A stretch of 64,000 nt of DNA from contig NW_003314268.1 of the NCBI RefSeq assembly GCF_000143415.4, forward strand, positions 1,658,672 to 1,722,671, read 5' to 3'. This document shows, in pieces, positions 36,901 through 49,147 of the stretch. The translations under genes were made by a program, and so were the position numbers. Position 1 is the stretch's first letter; every line of letters begins with the position of its first letter. The notes under the pieces are model-generated. The model worked only from the letters and a program-made list of their open reading frames with translations. It made no database searches and had not been told where the DNA came from. This DNA comes from Selaginella moellendorffii (lineage: Eukaryota; Plantae; Lycopodiophyta).

Positions 36901-39598
36901 CGCAACACACGGGACACCCTTGAGTAGTGCGGCTCGAAAGAATAGTCCGCCGCAGTTGTACTCGACAACACATTTGCCCTTGGAGTCACCCGCTATTGCG
37001 TTGAAGACCCAGCTGAGCATTTCCCATGCTGCACCTGGAGCTTTCTTTGGATTCGAAAGCTCCATAGCCGTCTTCAGTTCCTCAGGCACGGGTAAATTGA
37101 CCTCCCTCAGATCAATTCGATCGGCCTTGTCGAACGAAGCTGGGAAGTCACTCCAGTCCCACTCTGCTGCAGGACTAATAACAAGGGCGAGTGTGAAGAT
37201 GCAGACATTCGTCGGTATCTTCTTCTTAGCCATTATCCCATGGATCTCCCGCATCTCTTTGCCTTTCAACTGAGCCTTCACCTCGTTCAAGGCCTTCTAG
37301 AACTTGTGATAGGATTCGGAGTCGTAGATCATATAGTGGACTGAAGATTCCACCTCCGCAAGTCCCACCATTAAGTCAATGATGGAGCTGACTTCGTCTG
37401 CATGAGTGATCTCCTCGTTTGTGAAGTCCATCACACAAAAGATGTTCTTGACCTGCTCATCTCCGCGGGAAATGATGCTCCTCCACCTTTGATCCTCATC
37501 CGAATTCACGTATACCCGGTAAGGTTCTCGATAGGCCTCTGCTGTGGGGTCGAGCTATTTCTGAAGCCGGCGGTCGACATCCCTCTTAATGAAATTTGGA
37601 TACTGATCCAACTTCTCAACTTTACTTTTCGTGGCATCCCACAGCAGATCAATGAACTTGGGGGCCCCCTTCATGTACTCGTCGATGTCTTCATTTGACA
37701 ACTCCAGCTCTTCCATCATCTCTTGCGTGGTGTCGATGCTCACCCTCTCCACGGCCACTTGCTCGAAGATCCAATCCTTCAATAGTGCACGAGCTCTCAG
37801 AGTCGTGCACAAGTCCTCGTATGTCACAATATGGCCAGGAGTCATTTTGGTCTAGTTGAAGACTACCTACCACGTAGAAGAGCATTAGCCACTGTCAGAA
37901 GGTCGTCGTCGTCTAGAGACCGCGAGAAACGCAAGGTGTTGAGCTTCAAATCATTGGGCTTCCGGCCGTCCTCCACACCCATTGAGTTTAGCAACTCCCC
38001 GTCATGGTACCTCCTCAGCACATCTACCCATTTGTCAAAAACAACTTTTGTCGCGAGTAGAATGTTATGGATGCTGAGTGTGTCATTGACCCCCAGTGTT
38101 TTCGAGAGAAGACTCGAGAATTTCTGCAATGGAAATTGCGTGAGGCCACATGCTATGCCACATGCAACGAGGCTTACCTGCCAGGCGCTAGTTGCTAGTG
38201 CACGTCCTTGTCCTGGTTTTTGTGGCTTCTTTAGTTGAACCCAGAGCTTCCGTGTTCGTGCCAATGTCTCGTGCAGACCCGATTTGTAGCACGTTTCTTG
38301 CTTGACATTCTGCGCGTGGGAGATGTATATGATAGATCGGAGGGGCGAGTTGCCTTTTATCAGGCGGACAACTCTTGTCTTGAAGACTTTCTTCACCTCC
38401 TCGCCCACCATAATATCCACAACTATCTCTTGCATCGCCAAGCTAGAATGCTGCCCGGAGACGGCATAGAACCGGATGTTCTGATCGTCCAACACCTTCC
38501 TATTGATCAAGTCTGGAAACCTCGTCTCGCCCTTCATTGTTCGGTAGTAGGGGATCACGTCTGCGATGTCGGGTGTTACTAGACTTGCCAGCATCTTCTG
38601 CTTCAGTTTCTCCACCCACTCATCAGATACTAGCCTGTGGTTGTATTTGCTTTGGATGTCGATACAGCTTACGTCGATTGTATATACTTTGTTGGAATAG
38701 TAATAAGTACTATTATCTGCGACGATTTTTGCTGCCTCTTCTTGCTCTTTCTGCTCTTTGCGGCTCTTCTTTTTGGTGGGTGTAGTGTTCGAACCCGAGG
38801 CAATGGCATCACCGAGCAGCTTCTTTTTTGGAGCAGGAGAGTCGGACGTCGGCTTGAGCTTGACCACCCTTTTCTGCTTCGGGGTAGTTTCCAGATCGAC
38901 CCCCTTCCCCTTCGCTTCGCGAACTGGAGGCACTCTCAACGGTTCAATGTTGGAATATAGTTTTTGAATATCGCCGTAGGTGAGGTCCATGGATTCCATG
39001 TGATCTTCATAGACCGGCAGCGTCTTTGAAATTGTGGGCCTCCTGGACAACCTCTCCCTAGCTCCCTCTAGGAATTCCTCATAGCCGCTGCCCCCCTCCG
39101 GGAAGCCGCTAGGATGTGCAAGGTGGATCTTGAAGGCGGACGCTGTCTCTACCACAAGTGCCAGTCCATATTCTTGCATGGAACTGCATGGAGTGTTTGT
39201 CACTTGGATGAGGATCCCCATGCATTCTTTTCTCCCACCATCTGTGTTGTACAGCCTCAGATCCTCGCCTTCCATCCCAAAAGTCGAACTGGTGAGCTCC
39301 TCCCCCTTCTCTGCATCCACATTGACAGTGGCTGGAAGAAGAACACAATTCCTCGCCTGTTCAGAAATGCACAACAATTAGAGCTGACAGATGAAAAGCT
39401 AGCAGCTGGAAATAACATGAGGCCACACGCCATTCACCACTGCATCAGATGTCTTGAGGCTGCATCCTAAGATGGCGTGAGGCTACACACCATCTGTAAC
39501 CAGATTGCACTCGAGAGCCCAATCGGTGCATGCCAATGTTGCTACTGAATGGCATGTGGCCTCATGCCACTTTCTACTTGGCCTAAAAGACTTACCAT
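33981..39598 (-). pseudogene. ORF2 of copy 2 (ParB-like/MTase-like/FCP1-like), inactivated
   Basis: Collinear with 15976-21598. Frameshift at ~37865, stops at 37555 and 37297, DLNG>YLNG. Retains VSGQHS. Confidence 0.85.
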
Positions 39599-40157
39599 TT
39601 GAAGCCGAATGGAGGCATGACAATCGAGGCCGGACTCGCTGGCGAATGTGCACTGTGTGTGCAGCGGATCGTAGCAGCAAGGCTACTCTGCCACTTACAG
39701 TTGGAGAGTGGCGCTGAAATCTCCTGGGACACCAAGTGGGCTGCGTGTGGGTGGCGGAGTGGGCGGTGGAGTTGGCGGCGAAGTTACAAACTGGGTGTGT
39801 CTTGAAGTGGACGCCGATGCACATGAGCGCGATGCGAGCGCGAGTGTGATGCAAGCGCGAGTGGACACCGATGCACACGAGAAATCTGTAGAGAAGGTAG
39901 ATGAGCGCGAATGTGAGCGTGATCGCGATGCGAGCGCGAGTACGATGCAAAACCTAACCTCACACGCGCGAAATGTCACGACGGTTGGTAATCCCGCAAC
40001 GTCATCATTCCTCGGACTTGGGCGCCACTATTAATTTCTGGATTGTTGCGCGCATGCATGCACGTGAAATCCAAAAGAAATCCGCAACGTCATCATTCCT
40101 CAGACTACATGCACGTGAAATCCAAAAGAAAGATCATGATTGGGATATCATTTAATA

Positions 40158-42481
40158 TGCCGAGCAGTTACTCGGGAACTACTTCCCTAACCTTGATAGC
40201 CTTGCCTCATGGCAAGCTTCAAGACCACGCTTCTGCTGTGCCACTTTGATTTCGCGCGTTCCATGAACCATTTACACTTGGCCTTTCTAGGTACTAAGCT
40301 ACTTAGAATCGTCTTTGGGAACCTTGAAGGAACTCTGTCCCTCAGCTTGCTAAGGCCTCCCTTTTTGCAAGCCCTCCAAATGCCACATAGTCTAACATGG
40401 ACAATTCCATATTTTAGACTCTCCATGGCATCACGGTTGCTAGTGGCAACACCCTCGAGCCCCCACTTGATTCTCCACTCCCAGCTGGCATAACCAACCT
40501 TGGTTATGCCCTTTGATTCCTACGGTTCGGTTCTATCCCCTTACTTCTTGCTTTTTGGCTTCACACCTTTCCTTTGGTCATTCTCCTCCAGACCAGGAGG
40601 ATAGCTTTGCACTTTCTATCATGCTTTAGCAAGTATTCTTAGGGATGAACCTACCCAATAGCCTAGGGAGTGGTTCCTCAATCCGGGTATGCTCACCTTA
40701 TAATCCCACACACTGGGATTACATTGTTGCTTATGGGCCTTTACATGCCCATCACTAGCCTTGCCAAAATTCCATTTTTGGCTTTGTCCAACTTGGGTAG
40801 ACAGTCCTCTCCTGTCTCCGCAACCTTGGACATTTGGATAGCACCTTCTATCCATCATTCGCTAGGGACTTAGTCCCTTGGGCTTTATCCATTGCCCTCG
40901 CGACATCAAACACCACCTTCTGGTGTTCTAGAGTGTTCGGGTGTCCCAATGATGGCTTTCTTGACAATGAGTATTTCCTTTTATGACATTGACTTACTAT
41001 ATCGCAACACAAGCAACTTATCCCCTGTAAGGGTATATCCAACTTCCCTATGCTATTAAGAAGTCTTGGGTAGCTACCTTCTACCCGTTTAACCAGTTAT
41101 TTTGCACCTCTTGCTTAGTTGCCTCATAGTTGTCAAGTCCTACAACTCATTGCTTGGTGCTTTCACACCTCCATCATTATCTGGGTCACCACACTCCAAC
41201 TGCATGCTCTGCAGCTTAGGCTATGCTATTCCCATTTCCATTGGGATTCCTTTGGCAAGGGGTTCTCATGAACCCACCAACATAGCCTCAAGGTATCACA
41301 CCTTGGCACATTTGGTGTCTCCACACCATCGGCTCCACGAGCCTACCTCTATGACATTTCCCCTTCGTGTCTAAGTCTTTGCCAAGACCAACACCGCTCT
41401 TTCTCATGCCAACCATCCGTTAGCACTGCCCCATAGAGGTCACACACAACTTTATGTCAAAGTTGTTTTCTTCTGGGAACACCTTTCCCATAACTTTAGC
41501 ATGGCACATTTTGCCATCGATGAGATACCCTCTGTTCTCATCCTTGGATCCTATGATCCCCCCCCCATCCTTTGTGGGGTACAACACACCTCAGTCCAAA
41601 TGCTTCCATCAGTCCTTTTAGGACCATCCCTTGACTCTACTTGAGTCATCCAACAGTTTTGGACTTGGTTAATCCACAGACCCGTAAGGTCCTACTTGTG
41701 AGGCACTAGCTCACTGGAATACACTTCTTGCATTCCTGTCCTACTCAAAAGGACTATTTTCACAAGTGTTACTCCAACACTTGATTTTTTTCTCTGGGGG
41801 TAACTTTTGCCCCTTAGGACTACTTGTCCATGCGATGAGAATACCACTCATCTCTAAGTACACCCCCCAACTCCTTGGGTTGTTCCAGCATTTATTAAAG
41901 GTAGCCTCGACTACCATTTCAAGGACTTGAGTCCTCTTCCGTATTTGACCTTCCACGGTCATTACCTTTGGTCTCACATTCATGAGCACCAACCTCAACT
42001 ATATGAGGATAATCTTGTGACTCCTTTATTATTTTGGAGTCTCTATCTTTCCCGTGATCCCAACTTTAGTTGTTTACCACAACAACCTTAGCCAATTTGC
42101 TGAGACAAATGCTCATCCGGATCACATCCTCAACTCAATGAGGAAAACCTTGCACTGTTCCCAAGATCCCAAAGTCGTTCCATTATTGGCCCTTTTCTAT
42201 CCACCACCTCGTCTACAAGTTCACACATGAACTGTAATGGAGAGCCATGTCTTCCCGACTTGCTACTCCTCAAGGATAGGCCCACTCCTCGGGCCTTCCG
42301 ATGCCAACACTAGTGGTGATATACTTGAGCACCAATAAAAGTCGGACTAAGGAACAGCTCCGATACCAAATTGTAAGCGACTAATTTTTCCATTCTACTT
42401 CAGTCACTTAACCACACCTCCGACCACTTGGAGGAGTCTCATTCACAACACTCGGTATGGGTACCTCTACCCCCCTTCTTC
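40158..42481 (-). mobile_element. Family A retroelement fragment (5' LTR end, Met PBS, non-coding internal region) inside transposon copy 2
   Basis: Minus-strand TGGTATCGGAGC at 42368-42357 next to the LTR end at 42372; 40165-40605 is homologous to 49960-50385. Confidence 0.8.
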
Positions 42482-43284
42482 NNNNNNNNNNNNNNNNNNN
42501 NNNNNNNNNNNNNNNNNNNNNNNNNNNNNNNNNNNNNNNNNNNNNNNNNNNNNNNNNNNNNNNNNNNNNNNNNNNNNNNNNNNNNNNNNNNNNNNNNNNN
42601 NNNNNNNNNNNNNNNNNNNNNNNNNNNNNNNNNNNNNNNNNNNNNNNNNNNNNNNNNNNNNNNNNNNNNNNNNNNNNNNNNNNNNNNNNNNNNNNNNNNN
42701 NNNNNNNNNNNNNNNNNNNNNNNNNNNNNNNNNNNNNNNNNNNNNNNNNNNNNNNNNNNNNNNNNNNNNNNNNNNNNNNNNNNNNNNNNNNNNNNNNNNN
42801 NNNNNNNNNNNNNNNNNNNNNNNNNNNNNNNNNNNNNNNNNNNNNNNNNNNNNNNNNNNNNNNNNNNNNNNNNNNNNNNNNNNNNNNNNNNNNNNNNNNN
42901 NNNNNNNNNNNNNNNNNNNNNNNNNNNNNNNNNNNNNNNNNNNNNNNNNNNNNNNNNNNNNNNNNNNNNNNNNNNNNNNNNNNNNNNNNNNNNNNNNNNN
43001 NNNNNNNNNNNNNNNNNNNNNNNNNNNNNNNNNNNNNNNNNNNNNNNNNNNNNNNNNNNNNNNNNNNNNNNNNNNNNNNNNNNNNNNNNNNNNNNNNNNN
43101 NNNNNNNNNNNNNNNNNNNNNNNNNNNNNNNNNNNNNNNNNNNNNNNNNNNNNNNNNNNNNNNNNNNNNNNNNNNNNNNNNNNNNNNNNNNNNNNNNNNN
43201 NNNNNNNNNNNNNNNNNNNNNNNNNNNNNNNNNNNNNNNNNNNNNNNNNNNNNNNNNNNNNNNNNNNNNNNNNNNNNNNNNNNN
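42482..43284. other. Assembly gap (N run)
   Basis: Run of N. Confidence 1.
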
Positions 43285-43299
43285 TGAAGAAAAGTTAAC

Positions 43300-46033
43300 T
43301 TCTAAACAACCCGAGGGGGAGGTGGTAGCTGAGGGCTTAGCCACAGTTGTCGATCCAAGAGATGCGGTTGCTAATCAAGAATTGGGCTGGGATGATATTG
43401 GAGTTGCGATTTTAGAGGTTGTTGACACAGAAGAAAACAGTCTGACTATTGGAAGCATTGTGTGGTGGAAATTGAGGCACTTAGTGTTTGAGAATGTGAA
43501 GGATTCACAATCAAACACCACTACAACTGATGACAGAACATCTCTTCATGGGAAAAGAAAGTACACCTTCCTAAAGTGCAGCCAAGGGATCTGAGCAACG
43601 AACCGAAAAGGCAGAAAATGGCGATGGAGGTTCGAATGGTCTCGACAGTTGCTTGTTGCAAGAGGAGGTGCTGTCAACATGCTAATTGGGATGCTATTGA
43701 AGAGGAGAGAGCAAGATACAAGACATTGTTCTGGAAGGCAGCTTGCAATTTTGTGTATGAGGCATTACGGTCATCTGTTGATGCTTCAGAACATCAGGTG
43801 GGGGGCATCGTCTTCCAAAGGGGTTTGGTCTGCATGAAGGCATGGAGAATCATTTATGGAGTCCTTCGAACCACATTCTACAGAATCAAAATTGAGTTTG
43901 AGGAACAAAGGGTTCAACAGGCAGTCCATGGGAACGACGGTACTCACAAAACCAGGGGTCATGTTGTATATGGAGAGGCAATCTTCAAGAGGTTTGTCGA
44001 GACATGTAGCGAGCAGCAACCACATAAAACCCGCCTCTTGGAAGATGGAACTCGAGACACCCAACGAGTTCTCCCTTCCATGTATACCAAGGGGGCCATA
44101 TTGGAAGATGTGAATCGGGAACTCCAAAGTAATGGCTACAGGAAGCTGAGCCAATCTAGATTTAGTAGATTGTGGAGCAACAAGTTCAGGGATGTGAGTA
44201 TAGGAAAGTACTCCAGCTTTTCAAAGTGTGACGAGTGCACTGCTATCAAAATGGCTTTGTCGAAGAATTCTTGCATCGCTCAAGAGCGAGAGACGTTGGT
44301 TAGAAGGCGGCTCGACCACAACATCGAGCAGAGAAGCTGCAAGACTGCATATTATCATAACAGGATTCTCTCCATGGAGAGACCTGACTCTTACCTTTGC
44401 ATCATCCACGACAAAATGGACCAGAAAAAGACATGCTTACCTTGACTCAATCCTGCCCCCAAGGCAATCTTTTCATCCATGCAGCTGCCTGTGTCTCTGT
44501 TTGGCATAATCGCTCATGGGCATGGTGCCCAGAACTATGGGAACTTCTTTGTACCTCTATGGGGTGGCGGGGGTGCAAACATGATGATTGCATCCCTAGC
44601 AAAACACTTAAGGTCTCTGCAAAGTGCGCAGACTGAGCTGAACGGCCAACCCTTGCATAAGGCCCTTGTCGATCGAACCCCATACAGGGTTCAGCTGGAG
44701 GAGGAGCAAAGGCTTGCAGTATCGCGTGGGGCCCCATGCCATCCCAGTGAATATGTTGGCCGTCAGATTGTAGGGTTATCACGTGAGGCCTCATGCCATT
44801 CCGACGAGGCTGGTCACCCGGTGAATGCACAGCCTCATCCAAACGAAGCAGAATCTCAAGGAAGTTCTTGTGGCTGATGTGGCCTTCCACCCCATCTTCT
44901 GTTCCAAACAGACAATGCTGATAGTGAGAACAAAAACATGTACGTCTTCGCGTACTTGGCGATGCTTGTTGCCAAAGGCATATTTGAAACAGTTACACTT
45001 GGCTTTCTCATGGTTGGGCACACTCATGAAGACGTCGATGCCATGTTCAGTCACCTGGCAGAGTCCCTCCGGCGATCCAATGTCCTCACCCTCCCACAAC
45101 TCTACGATGAATTCCAAAATTGCATCAAAGGCACTGTTGAAGCTGCACTTGTGACAGAGGTTCCAGACTTTAAGGGGTTTGTAAGAGGCTACATCAGGGA
45201 CGGATCCGAAACGCTGATTGGCCACTCCAAGCCTCTTCAGTTTCATTTCAACATGCGTGACGGTGCTCCAGTAATGAGGTACAAGATGAGAGAATGGGAC
45301 CTAGTGTGGCTACCAATGGACGGCATTGAACTCTTCAAGAGAGATCCCATAACTGGGGAACCTATGATTCCTCAGGGTTCCCCACAGCCGATGCACCCGG
45401 ATGGACTCAAAGACCAGGAAAGTATAGTGGCCGGGATTAGACAGCATATTGCCTTCTGGAAGAGGGGGTTGGTGTTTGGTGGAGAATCCTATTTTAAGAG
45501 GTGCAAGCCTTTGCTCGAATACTGGGAGAAGATTATATTTGCTATCCAAAATAGGCCGGTTGTATATGAAGAATTGGAAGAGTCCTTTTGGCTAGAACCC
45601 AGAGCACCAGATAGTAGCGAAACAATGTCCTCTGGAAATGCAGTGACAGATAATGATGTTGAGGACCACTATTGTGGGCCGAGGAACAAGAAGCCGGATT
45701 CAGCATTCAATCTAGTACAGGTTTGCAAAGGAATGGTCGTGCTTGTCAGACCCAATAATAAAAAACAAATGATATGGGTGGGGCACTGCATCACTGATGC
45801 AGAGGAGGACGCGGAAACTAACTCCTTCAATGTAACTGTGGAGTGGTTCAAGCCAAGTTCCGGATATACGAAGGATTGCCTAGAAAAGAGATGGGTGCTG
45901 AATCCAAGGGATCCCAGCATGAGCATATCGGCATGGTTGGATGCGGAAGCAGAGTGCCACCATCACCTTGCCAGACCATGCAAGAGATGCAGCAAGAGCA
46001 TTCATAACCCGGGTTCAAGGTGAGATTCATTAA
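43300..46033 (+). pseudogene. Transposase of copy 2, inactivated; 5' end lost in the gap
   Basis: Collinear with 12072-9334. Frameshift at ~43577, CGA>TGA stops at 44443 and 44875, small deletion at ~45931. Confidence 0.9.
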
Positions 46034-47389
46034 TATTCCTTTACTAAGTTTCTAATGTATTTTATTTCAAGGTGAACAATCCGAATTTGAATCCGAGGAG
46101 GCGTGATGGCATGGCGTGATGGCGTGAGGCGTGACACCAAAAAGGAGGTGTCCACTAGCGCTTAGGCTTATAATGGCGTGTGCCCTCATGCCATTTACTT
46201 GATCATCAAATACCTTTTTCCCTTTGCACTAGTATATCTTAATACCGGTCTGAGAAATAGAATGGCATGTGCCCTCAGGCCTTTTACTAAATCACCTTTG
46301 AAAGAAATGCAAGCCTCTATGTCATAAAAAAAAGGTACTAGAGAAATTCCTTAATAATATGAATGTTATTTAGTTTCATGAAAATACACTAAGGGTCAAA
46401 TGAGTTAAATGACTTCTCCAGACTAGCAATGCCTCTTGCTACACCTTCACAATTAGATTCGTTAGAAAAAGATAACATTGAATAATATCTAAATGTTCTC
46501 ACCATTAAGTTATATGTCTGGCTAATAGGAATGACGTTCATCTTGGAAAGCTCACCACACGCTCAATGAACAAACAAATAGTGTGTGCGCGCATGCCATC
46601 GCTCTTCTTTAGCTTTAGATTCGGCTTATTCACCTTGACAATGAGATTTATTATACAACCAGATGGACTCAGTCTGGACACAAAGTCACCGCGCTAGTCA
46701 CCATGCCCCAGATATGTCTAGCCCCTGGACAAAAAATATATAATTTCACGTCATTTTCAAATACTTGAAAATTTGTACCTAGTCCCATTTTACTGAATAA
46801 ATCCCACTTTAACGAAATAGAGTATTAGAGAGGTTTTCTATTCAATAACAAATGAGAAGGAGCTATGTGCATCCTTGGCAATAGCAAACTCTTTAGTGGT
46901 AGATTCAACAAAAAATGTAAATATAGAAGGGCATATAAGTAGTGGATTTGTATTTGAGCTATTAAAGCTTATGAAAGTGATAAGCACACTGATTCAAAAT
47001 ATCAATATAGGAACTCTTGTGAATTGATCTGGACTTCTTGAAGACTATAATAGGGGTCTTTGAGCTTCCACCTTCTAAAAATTCCATACTCTTTTTTTTT
47101 CTAAATTCTTTATTAATATAATTTTTTTTATATAGGCAATATGAAGATGCAATAGTCAAATTGACTACTATTATGGCTATGCAAAACATTCTTCAAGTAA
47201 TGCTAACAAGATTATAGAAGAGCTAATAGATGAGGAAAAGGTCCAACTAAATATGACAGTAGCTAAGAAGAACTAGCCCAAGAAGCACAATGGCTATGCC
47301 AAGTTCCCTCAGTATATCTATATGCACATCTTATTTGAGGTACTTAAATTTGCTAAAATATTTATTTTAAGTTTTTTTTGCTTTTCCAA

Positions 47390-48007
47390 TGTAGCACATG
47401 TGATCATGGGATGAGATTTAGATATATTATCACTGTGGATCCTTGGAACCTTGGGGGATAAATAGGGATAAAATAGCCACTAAGGGCTCTCTCATAAAGC
47501 AATTGCCCCTTTTCCAAATGGTTTAAGAGGAGAGAGATAAGGTGTGTTATATGTGGTATCGGAGCAAATGGCATGGGTTTGATTCCCATTGACTAGTGGC
47601 TACTTAAAAATATAATATACCCTTAAGTAAGGTATATTCCTACCTCTAAATTTGAAATCGTACGTATTGGGCATCCATGTGTACGTCTTTCCTCTTGTGT
47701 GGAGTATTTATGGATGAAGGTATCTACCGTAGGACTGCGGTACAGGTGGATGACTAATTGTCTCACATGGAATAACTGGTCTACACAATAGAAGAATTAG
47801 AAGATTCAGTGTGGAAATGAAGGTTTCTCTAAAGAGGGGGGGTGAGTGTAGCACATATGATTATAGGATGAGATTTAGATATATTGTCACTGTGGATTCT
47901 TAGAACTTTAAAGGATAAATAGGGATAAAATAGCCACTAAGGGCTCTCTCATCAAACAATTACCCCTTTTCCAATTGGCTTAAGGGAAAGAGGTAGAATG
48001 TGCTACA
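47390..48007 (+). mobile_element. TRIM (terminal-repeat retrotransposon in miniature)
   Basis: ~161-bp LTRs (47390-47551, 47847-48007), PBS TGGTATCGGAGC at 47554, PPT AAAGAGGGGGGG at 47831. No TSD found. Confidence 0.85.
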
Positions 48008-48914
48008 TTTAGTATGATATCAATAAAGACTTGAAGAGATTGAAAAAGAAGAGCTTTAACATCAATGTTGCTACTAAAGAGGAGAAAAAAATCAAGCAAA
48101 AAGATATAACAAAAATGACAAAGCTAATCAACATCTCGCATTTGGATTTTAGGGAGAATGGTTTGATGCTGTCACAAGCTTCAATACAAAAGATCCACAA
48201 TATGAATAGTGTATATTTGAGAAGCTGCACATAATAGTTTTGGCGCTAATTCCAAATTCGTACAAGCTAGCAGTGTTCAAGAAGTTAAAACAACTAGTAA
48301 ATTATCTAAAGTTTTCCACGCTTCAATCTTAACTATTACTAAGTTGAGTTTGGTGGAGGAAAAGGTGATGAACATCAAGGTGGTGGAAAAAGCGATTGGG
48401 TATTGTCAAGAATCCCTCAATTCTTGTCACATTCCTGACTCTCGCCGGATTCTTGACCTGTAGACCATATTCCTGACTCTCGAGACACTTCCCTATTCCT
48501 GACTCTTTGATTTCCCATACGATTCCTGAGTCTCAAACCACATTCTTGATGATGATGTGGCGCCTTCTCGACCTCAGCTATATTTAGGCCTTCCTCGATC
48601 TAAGAGTGGTGGAGCTTCATCAACCTATAGTATATATAGGTTAGCCTTGTTCCATTTCTCCACAATAGAGGTTTAAAGCCTTTTCTTCATTTCCACTAAC
48701 TTTTCTCTTTGTCTTTTGCATTTTCTAGTCTTGATCTTGTTGGGGGTCTTGATAGTTTGATTCATATTGTGTTTTTTGCTTTTGCTTTAGCTCGTTTTGA
48801 TTGTTTGACTGCCTTTGCTTTTTTCCCCCCTTTTTCTTTCTTCTTTGCCAATGGAGTCTCCAAGCCATCCTGATTTCTTTGCCGAAGTCCTTGCAAAAAT
48901 CCAATCTGAGAATA

Positions 48915-49147
48915 CCAAGCTGAAGGCAACCCTTCTTCACATGCAACATGAGCTTGCTTCACTTTAGGCTCAAGGATCAAGCAGAGTTCCTGAACCGAAG
49001 GTGAGCTTCCCGGTGAAGTTCTAAGGCAAGCGTTTGAAGCTTCATGGATTCCTGAACTAGATGGAGTTAATCTTCACACTTCAACATCGGTGGTACCCCA
49101 CTCTTGAGTCTCGAGTCAGCGTGATCGAGATGCTGCTTGAAGGTGTA
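48915..49147 (+). pseudogene. Gypsy gag remnant
   Basis: PEPKVSFPVKF*GKRLKLHGFLN*MELIFTLQ resembles a chromovirus gag N-terminus; cut by LTR A at 49148. Confidence 0.6.

Larger units (their letters stand above)
33539..46825. mobile_element. TIR DNA transposon, copy 2 (inverted relative to copy 1), disrupted
   Basis: TIR at 33539-33562 and 46802-46825 (last 3 bp TAT instead of CTT), TSD TAGA (33535-33538 / 46826-46829). The centre is occupied by a retroelement fragment and an N gap. Confidence 0.9.

Noticed and set aside
42428-43594. ORFs spanning poly-X
   Set aside because: Artefacts of the N gap.
8645-46825. One giant 38-kb element or inverted segmental duplication with 13-kb arms
   Set aside because: Each copy has its own TIR pair and its own TSD (AGAA versus TAGA), and similarity stops at the TIRs.
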